Positions 58,320 to 64,000 of a stretch of DNA of 64,000 nt are shown here, piece after piece. The position numbers and the translations under genes were made by a program. The notes under the pieces are model-generated. The model had not been told where the DNA came from, did no database searches, and was given only the letters and a program-made list of their open reading frames with translations. Source of the stretch: Spirochaetia bacterium (GTDB taxonomy: Bacteria > Spirochaetota > Spirochaetia > SZUA-6 > Bin103); NCBI GenBank assembly GCA_965203055.1, contig OZ241863.1, positions 3,552,001-3,616,000 of the forward strand, given 5' to 3'. Within the stretch, counting starts at the first letter, position 1. The number at the start of each line of letters is the position of its first letter.

Positions 58320-60692
58320 TCAGGCGGTCTCCCGATAGAGGGCGTCCTGCAGGTGGTGAACGGCCGCGACGAAGCGATCCCTGCCGCCGAACGCCTTGAC
58401 GAGCTGCACGGTGGTGCCGAGCTCGGGCAGCGGCGGGACCTGCAATATCAGCGTATCGTCGAGGTTGAGCACGCCGTCGTCCGCGTACTTGGTGAGCAGC
58501 GCGTCGAGCACCGCGCGCGCCTTGGCGCCGTACTTGGCGAACACGTCGCGCTTCCGCACCTGCGCGGCCCGCTCCCGTCTGGTCAGCGGCTTGGCGTCGA
58601 AGGCGACGTGGCAGATCAAGTCGAAGGGATCGAGGTCCCGGCCCAGTTCCTCCAGCAGGGCGACGGTCAGTCCCTCCGCGGCCAACTCTTCGACGATCGC
58701 CTGCTTGCGGTCGGCCGCGTGCCAGCGCTTCAGGAAGTCGTCGAGACTGGCATAGCGCTTGCGCAGCGCCTTCCGGGTAAAGTCGCGCAGTGACTCGGTC
58801 ACCAGCCGGCCGGCCTGATCCAGGTACTCGACCCGCTCGGCGATGACTTCCGCGTTCACCCCGTCCACGTAGACCTTGCGCGCGGCGCCGCCGCCCGGCT
58901 CCGGCGGAACCTCCGGAGCGCCGTCAGGCTCGGCTTCCTGTTCGTCGGGCGGGGTGATGCCGCCGCCCTCCTCCGGCTCGTAGACCTGCGCCGGCTCGCC
59001 GTCGAACTCGGGATCGGCGAAGTGATCCGCAGCGCCGCGGAAGTCGATCAGTGTGAAGTAGAGCTTGCCGGTCTCTTCGTGGATGCGGGTGCCGCGCCCA
59101 AGGATCTGCTTGAATTCGGTCATCGAACCGACGATGCGGTCGAGCACGATCAGCCGGCAGGTCCGCACGTCGACGCCGGTGGAGAGCAGGCGCGAGGTGG
59201 TGACCAATGCGGGATAGCGGGATTCGGGGTCGATGAAGTTGCCCAGCTCCGCCTGGCCCGGCGCGTCGCCGCCGGTGATGCGCATGACGTAGCGGTGGTT
59301 GCGCGCCATCAGGTCGGCGTTCTCGTTGACCAGCGCCTGCCGCATGCGCCCGGCGTGTTCCTGGTCCACGCAGAACACGATCGTCTTGGCGAAGCGGTCG
59401 CCGCTCTCCCGCAGGTACTCCGTGACCTTGCGCGCCACCAGTCTGGTGCGTTCGTCCAGGACCAGCACGCGGTCGAAGTCGGTGGTGTTGTAGATGCGGT
59501 CCTCGATCTCGGCGCCGGTGCGGTCGAGTTGCCCCTGCTCGGGGCGGTACCCCTCGACGTCGCGGTCGACGTGCACCTTGATCACCTTGTAGGGCGCCAG
59601 GAAGCCGTCCCGGATGCCCTGCTTCAGCGAGTAGGTGTACACGGGTGCGCCGAAGTAGTCGACGTTGGAGACGTAATGCGTCTCCTTCGGCGTGGCGGTG
59701 AGGCCGACCTGGGTGGCGGACGAGAAGTGTTCCAGGATCTCGCGCCATGCCGAGTCGGCCGCGGCGCTGCCGCGATGGCACTCGTCGATCACGACCAGAT
59801 CGAAGAAGTCGCGCGAAAACTCGCGAAAGACCTTGTGCCGCTCCTCCGGTCCGGTGAGCGCCTGATAGAGTCCGAGATAGACCTCGTAGGAGGTGTCGAT
59901 GCGGCGGCTGCGGTCGCCGGCAGGGGCGCGCGCGATGGTCCCGGCTCGGGACGACAGTTTGGTCATGGCCGGACCGAACGGCCGGAAGTCGTTGACCATG
60001 GTCTGATCGACCAGCACGTTGCGGTCGGCCAGGAACAGGATGCGCTTCTTGCGCCCGGCCTTCCACAGCCGCCAGATGATCTGAAAGGCGGTGTAGGTCT
60101 TGCCGGTCCCGGTCGCCATCACCAGCAGGATGCGCTGCCGCCCCTTGGCGATAGCCTCGACCGCGGCGTTGATCGCGTTGACCTGATAGTAGCGCGGCTC
60201 CTTGCCGCCGGCGTCGTCGAAATAGTCGTGCAGGACGACCGCCTCGCTTTCGGGCGTCAGCCCCTTCCAGGCGCGGTAGCGTTCCCAGAGGCGGGCAGGC
60301 GAGGGAAAGGCATCGAGGTCCAATACGGTTTCGCGCGCGGCGCCGGTCCCGGTGCGGTCGTGGAACACGAAGCCGGCGCCGTTGGACGAGAACACGAACG
60401 GGACGTTCAGGGTCTCGGCGTAGTCGAGCGCCTGCTGCATGCCGTCCCCGGCGGCGTGGGCGCCGTCCTTGGCCTCGATCACGGCGAGCGGGAGGTTGGG
60501 CTTGTAGTAGAGGACGTAGTCGGCCCGCTTCCCCTGGCCGCGGCTGACCAGCCGGCCGCGCACCGTGATGCGCCCCTTGGTAAAGCTCACCTCCCGGCGG
60601 ATCTGCGCGCTCTCGTCCCACCCGGCCCGGCGCAGGGCCGGCGTGATCAACGTCGCGCAGACGTCACGCTCGGAAAGATGCTTCTGGTCCAT
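58320..60692 (-). CDS. hsdR: Type I R-M restriction subunit (EcoAI/EcoEI type)
   Basis: RADYVL..VIEAK, MATGTGKT, DECHRG, TATP, QILGRGTR, DPFDLICHVAF. Confidence 0.96.
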   Translation of the reverse strand: MDQKHLSERDVCATLITPALRRAGWDESAQIRREVSFTKGRITVRGRLVSRGQGKRADYVLYYKPNLPLAVIEAKDGAHAAGDGMQQALDYAETLNVPFVFSSNGAGFVFHDRTGTGAARETVLDLDAFPSPARLWERYRAWKGLTPESEAVVLHDYFDDAGGKEPRYYQVNAINAAVEAIAKGRQRILLVMATGTGKTYTAFQIIWRLWKAGRKKRILFLADRNVLVDQTMVNDFRPFGPAMTKLSSRAGTIARAPAGDRSRRIDTSYEVYLGLYQALTGPEERHKVFREFSRDFFDLVVIDECHRGSAAADSAWREILEHFSSATQVGLTATPKETHYVSNVDYFGAPVYTYSLKQGIRDGFLAPYKVIKVHVDRDVEGYRPEQGQLDRTGAEIEDRIYNTTDFDRVLVLDERTRLVARKVTEYLRESGDRFAKTIVFCVDQEHAGRMRQALVNENADLMARNHRYVMRITGGDAPGQAELGNFIDPESRYPALVTTSRLLSTGVDVRTCRLIVLDRIVGSMTEFKQILGRGTRIHEETGKLYFTLIDFRGAADHFADPEFDGEPAQVYEPEEGGGITPPDEQEAEPDGAPEVPPEPGGGAARKVYVDGVNAEVIAERVEYLDQAGRLVTESLRDFTRKALRKRYASLDDFLKRWHAADRKQAIVEELAAEGLTVALLEELGRDLDPFDLICHVAFDAKPLTRRERAAQVRKRDVFAKYGAKARAVLDALLTKYADDGVLNLDDTLILQVPPLPELGTTVQLVKAFGGRDRFVAAVHHLQDALYRETA

Positions 60693-60803
60693 TCGGCTTC
60701 ATCGATGGTCAGACGCTGCGGCAGTGAGCGGTTCTGCCCGCCGGGCCGCCACCGCCGTAAGGCTCCCTGGCTCACTTGGCAGCCACGTTCAATATACACG
60801 GTC

Positions 60804-61042
60804 ATCCGGGCGCGGCGCGATCCAGACGTGAACCTGGCGCGGCCGTGGCGCCGCTCGATCCGGCTCTGATCCGGGCGCGGCGCGGCTCTGGCGTGGACGG
60901 CGGTTGCGGACCGTCTCAGACGTTCGACCTCGAGCGTGGGCGGCTACCTGGTCGGGCGCGGCCGTGGACGTGGACGCGAAGCGGGCGCCGCTCGATCCGG
61001 GAGCGGCGCCGCTCCGGCGCGGTAGGTCGCCCGGGCGACCTA
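60804..61042. repeat. Cluster of short direct and inverted repeats
   Basis: ATCCGGGCGCGGCGCG x2, GGCGCGGCCGTGG x2, GGCGCCGCTCGATCCGG x2; 20-bp palindrome TAGGTCGCCCGGGCGACCTA at 61023-61042. Confidence 0.8.
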
Positions 61043-61148
61043 TAAGAGATCCTGTGCGGATACAGTACTTGAGCATGACGCGCAACTGGGTTACCCTTGC
61101 ATAGGTGTGGCATGCACGGACCACGCTCATCCTGTAGAAGACGACGGC

Positions 61149-62051
61149 ATGTCTCAGAGACCAGATCAGCTGCACTCTCCGATCATATCAAGGGTCCAGA
61201 CTGAGCGAACGCAGGCTCACCCTACGCGACAACAGCTCTTCCTTGATCTGGAGCAGCATCTCAACCGTCCAGTCGTGACCATCTTTACGAGTTTTCATTA
61301 CCCGGTGGCGATCGAAGATGAGGATGTTGACATGCTTGAAGGCATGCTCCGATCGTTGGACCTCACGAACGGAGTTGCGGTGATGATCAACTCTCCCGGA
61401 GGATCCGGTTTGGCGGCAGAACGGATGATCAACGTACTGCGTTCCTATAGCGGCATAGGCGAATACTGGGCGATAGTCCCGGCCAAGGCGAAGTCCGCCG
61501 CCACGATGGTATGTCTTGGCGCAAGCAAGATTCTCATGGGACCAGCGTCGGAGCTGGGCCCCGTCGATCCTCAACAGATATTTGGCGGCAAGTACGTGTC
61601 CGTCCATCATATCATCGACAGTTACCACAAGTTGTTCCGTGGAGCTGCACGAGCAAGCGGCAATCTAGAACCCTACCTGCAGCAACTGGGTAGATATGAC
61701 GCGGCCAATATAAGCCATCTTGAGACTGAACGAGACCTCGTCACGGATATGGCCGTAGAATTGCTGCACACGGGTATGTTGTCGAACATGAGCAAGACGG
61801 ATATCAAGAAAAATATGCAGGTATTTTTGTTACCAAAGCACACCAAGGCTCACGGTCGACCGATCTATCATAAAGAGGCAATCGGGTGCGGGCTAAACAT
61901 TGAATTACATGACCCGCATTCTTCAATTTGGAACAAGGTATATGAGTTAAATGTTCGATCAAGCGATTACGTATCGCGTTTTGTAGCGAAGGCAATCGAA
62001 ACCTCACAGGGCTCGTCATATTCACCTGCACCACCTGTTGACGGAGGCTAA
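61149..62051 (+). CDS. SDH-family ClpP-fold serine protease
   Basis: INSPGG, AKSAATM, ELGPVDPQ, AHGRPI; lower GC. Confidence 0.88.
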   Translation: MSQRPDQLHSPIISRVQTERTQAHPTRQQLFLDLEQHLNRPVVTIFTSFHYPVAIEDEDVDMLEGMLRSLDLTNGVAVMINSPGGSGLAAERMINVLRSYSGIGEYWAIVPAKAKSAATMVCLGASKILMGPASELGPVDPQQIFGGKYVSVHHIIDSYHKLFRGAARASGNLEPYLQQLGRYDAANISHLETERDLVTDMAVELLHTGMLSNMSKTDIKKNMQVFLLPKHTKAHGRPIYHKEAIGCGLNIELHDPHSSIWNKVYELNVRSSDYVSRFVAKAIETSQGSSYSPAPPVDGG

Positions 62052-62052
62052 C

Positions 62053-62259
62053 ATGTCGAAGTCCGATGCACACACAGACAGCAGGAGAACGGAAGCGCAG
62101 AAAAACTACGAACGAATCATGGAAAAGATCAAGCCGTTCATACCGAGACAAGAAAAGCCCAAGCCACGGCCACGTGAAGTGTGGCGCCGTGGGGAAGACT
62201 TCCCAGAGGAGTTCAACGAACGGTTCAGGATTGAGCATCACTTGACGACACGGTCCTAG
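62053..62259 (+). CDS. Small hypothetical protein (68 aa)
   Basis: GGAGG RBS, ATG 1 nt after the protease stop; MSKSDAHTDSRRTEAQKNYERIMEKIKPFIP. Confidence 0.65.
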   Translation: MSKSDAHTDSRRTEAQKNYERIMEKIKPFIPRQEKPKPRPREVWRRGEDFPEEFNERFRIEHHLTTRS

Positions 62260-62273
62260 TCGTGGCAGCACGG

Positions 62274-62552
62274 ATGAGAACGCATCCCGGTAGCGTCCTG
62301 CGGGCGGAACTGCAGGCCAGGGAGATAAGCGCAAACCGATTCGCGCTCGCTATCCGCGTCCCCGCCAACCGGGTCACGGCAATGCTGCGCGGCGAACGCG
62401 CGGTTTCCGCGGACACTGCGCTACGCCTGGGCCGATACTTCGGAACCGGCCCCGAGCTATGGATGAATCTGCAGAGCAGGTACGACGTATCGGTCGCTTA
62501 CCACTTCATCAGTGAGCGGTACACGGCGCGCCGCGCCAACCGCTTGCCGTAG
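62274..62552 (+). CDS. higA: HigA-family antitoxin (orphan)
   Basis: HPGSVL..ISANRFA..RGERAVSADTALRLGRYFGT.PELWMNLQSRYD. Confidence 0.85.
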   Translation: MRTHPGSVLRAELQAREISANRFALAIRVPANRVTAMLRGERAVSADTALRLGRYFGTGPELWMNLQSRYDVSVAYHFISERYTARRANRLP

Positions 62553-62743
62553 GCGCCGGGGCCGCGCCCCATGGCCCGCACGTCGTTCACCGTACGCACC
62601 GCGCGCAGGACCGCCCGTCCGGTACCAGTCCGTCCGCTCCGTCCGGCACGGGGCTGGGCGCGTTCGTGGCGCGCTCCGGCGGCAAGCCGAAGCAACGCGG
62701 CCGCCAACAGCATCAGGCTGAACATCAGCAGTACCAGGCCCAT
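62498..62743 (-). CDS. Small membrane-anchored hypothetical protein
   Basis: GGGAGGAG RBS; hydrophobic N-terminus MGLVLLMFSLMLLAAALL; basic tail. Confidence 0.55.
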   Translation of the reverse strand: MGLVLLMFSLMLLAAALLRLAAGARHERAQPRAGRSGRTGTGRAVLRAVRTVNDVRAMGRGPGAYGKRLARRAVYRSLMKW

Positions 62744-62837
62744 GTCACTCCTCCCGTAGCAATAGCGCCCACAGTCTGCCACAGACGGCACCGCGTGAGG
62801 AAGCAGTGCCGGTTGGGTTCACGGCGACGGGGGCGGG

Positions 62838-63575
62838 TCACGGGCTGGCCGAACCGTCGAAGCCCAGCCCGCGCTGCTTCATGCTCACGAAGCCCCGCGC
62901 GCCGATTACCACGTGATCCAGCAGCGCGATGTCGAGCAGGTCGGCGCTCTTGCGGAGGCGGCGGGTGACGGAGATATCTTCCGGGCTTGGCGTGGGGTCG
63001 CCGGAGGGGTGATTGTGGACCGCGATGATGTTGGGGCAGTTCTCCCTGATGGCGGGACGCAGCACCTCGGCGACGCGAACCGACGCCGCGGACACCGTCC
63101 CCCGATAGATTTCCTGAACCAGCAGCACCTCGCGCCTGGTGTTGAGCAGCAGCACGCGGAGCTGCTCCTGTTCGAGGTGCGCCATCTGCGCGCGGAGCAG
63201 ATGATAGACGTCCTCCGCTTCCCTGATCGCCGGCCGGTCGGCGGGCGCCGGGCTCACCGCGCGCCGGCCCAGCTCCAGCGCCGCCAGCACCTGGCATGCC
63301 TTCGCCTGGCTGACGCCGCCCAGCGCGCACAGCTCGGCGAACGAGGCCCGCGCAACGCCGTTCAAGCCGCCGAACGCGGACAGCATGCTTGCGGCAAGCT
63401 GCATGACGCTCTGCCCGGCTACCCCGGTGCGCAACAGGATGGAGATCAGCTCCGGGTTGGAGAGCTGACCGGCGCCCAGGAGGCGCAGGCGCTCCCGCGG
63501 CCGTTCATGCGCCGGCAGGTCGCGAATCGTGACCGTCTGACCGGCTCCGCCAGCGGCGTAATCTTGTCGTGCCAT
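62838..63575 (-). CDS. radC: RadC/JAB-domain protein
   Basis: ERPRERL, HhH region, HNHPSGDPTPS.ED, LLDHVVIG. Confidence 0.95.
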   Translation of the reverse strand: MARQDYAAGGAGQTVTIRDLPAHERPRERLRLLGAGQLSNPELISILLRTGVAGQSVMQLAASMLSAFGGLNGVARASFAELCALGGVSQAKACQVLAALELGRRAVSPAPADRPAIREAEDVYHLLRAQMAHLEQEQLRVLLLNTRREVLLVQEIYRGTVSAASVRVAEVLRPAIRENCPNIIAVHNHPSGDPTPSPEDISVTRRLRKSADLLDIALLDHVVIGARGFVSMKQRGLGFDGSASP

Positions 63576-63747
63576 CACTGAACGGTAACGGCGCCGCGTC
63601 AGCGACGCTTCGTTTCCGGGGCTGATTCGTTGCCGCCATCTTGGTTGGTTGGTCTCGCTCACCGTCAATTGGTAACATATCCGGCGATTGGGGGCGCGCC
63701 CGTGATGCCTTGTCACTACGGCGCAGCGGCGTCCCCCGAATACCCAA

Positions 63748-64000
63748 ATGGCTGAACCTCTGAGCGACGGCGCCGGCAACGGCGGGCGGATAGTGGAAGG
63801 CCGGTCGGCGACCTGGCTCGAGCTGTTCTTCGACCTGATCTTCGTCATCAACATCGCCGGCCTCACGCATCACCTGGCAGCTCATCCCGACGCGGCCACG
63901 CTGGGGCAGGTCGCCGCGCTCTACCTGCCGCTGTTCCTGGTGTGGGCCGGACACACGACCTACGCCACCCGCTTCGACGACGGCAGCGTCCTGCAGACGA
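63748..64000 (+). CDS. ltrA: Low temperature requirement protein A, partial
   Basis: Not in ORF track; manual translation gives RSATWLELFFDLIFV...VWAGHTTYATRFD. Confidence 0.88.
   Translation, partial: MAEPLSDGAGNGGRIVEGRSATWLELFFDLIFVINIAGLTHHLAAHPDAATLGQVAALYLPLFLVWAGHTTYATRFDDGSVLQT

Noticed and set aside
62838..63575. Mobile-element JAB/RadC marking an ICE
   Set aside because: Full-length RadC with N-terminal and HhH regions in host-like DNA; no conjugation or integrase genes nearby.

Overview
High-GC bacterial chromosomal segment. Housekeeping and catabolic genes include a Sec-containing NAD-linked formate dehydrogenase with fdhD, katG, murB, a Gfo/Idh/MocA-sugar isomerase cluster, glpK/glpD, gap, an amidase, a GH51 arabinofuranosidase, radC and ltrA. 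They are interrupted by several visibly lower-GC accessory cassettes, and no integrase or transposase is in view. Defence-type content: a ~17 kb MADS-like locus (MTase, HsdS-like subunit, NERD-kinase-ATPase, MAD7, MAD8) with a DUF4062-domain gene where mad3/mad4 normally lie; a type I R-M system with a half-size HsdS; vapBC; an orphan higA; and an Rpn remnant. There are also several uncharacterised two-gene cassettes: HD dNTPase-like + YwgA-like with a palindromic operator, small putative toxin + HEXXH-less ImmA/IrrE-like, SDH-family protease + small ORF, and triple-repeat protein + Cys-rich protein. The most unusual non-coding signal is a pair of structured ~120-nt units at 21.2-21.5 kb. Each ends in an identical 35-nt hairpin whose loop displays the anti-Shine-Dalgarno sequence. 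Many genes appear to be leaderless. All calls are from motif recognition by eye; no database searches were run.
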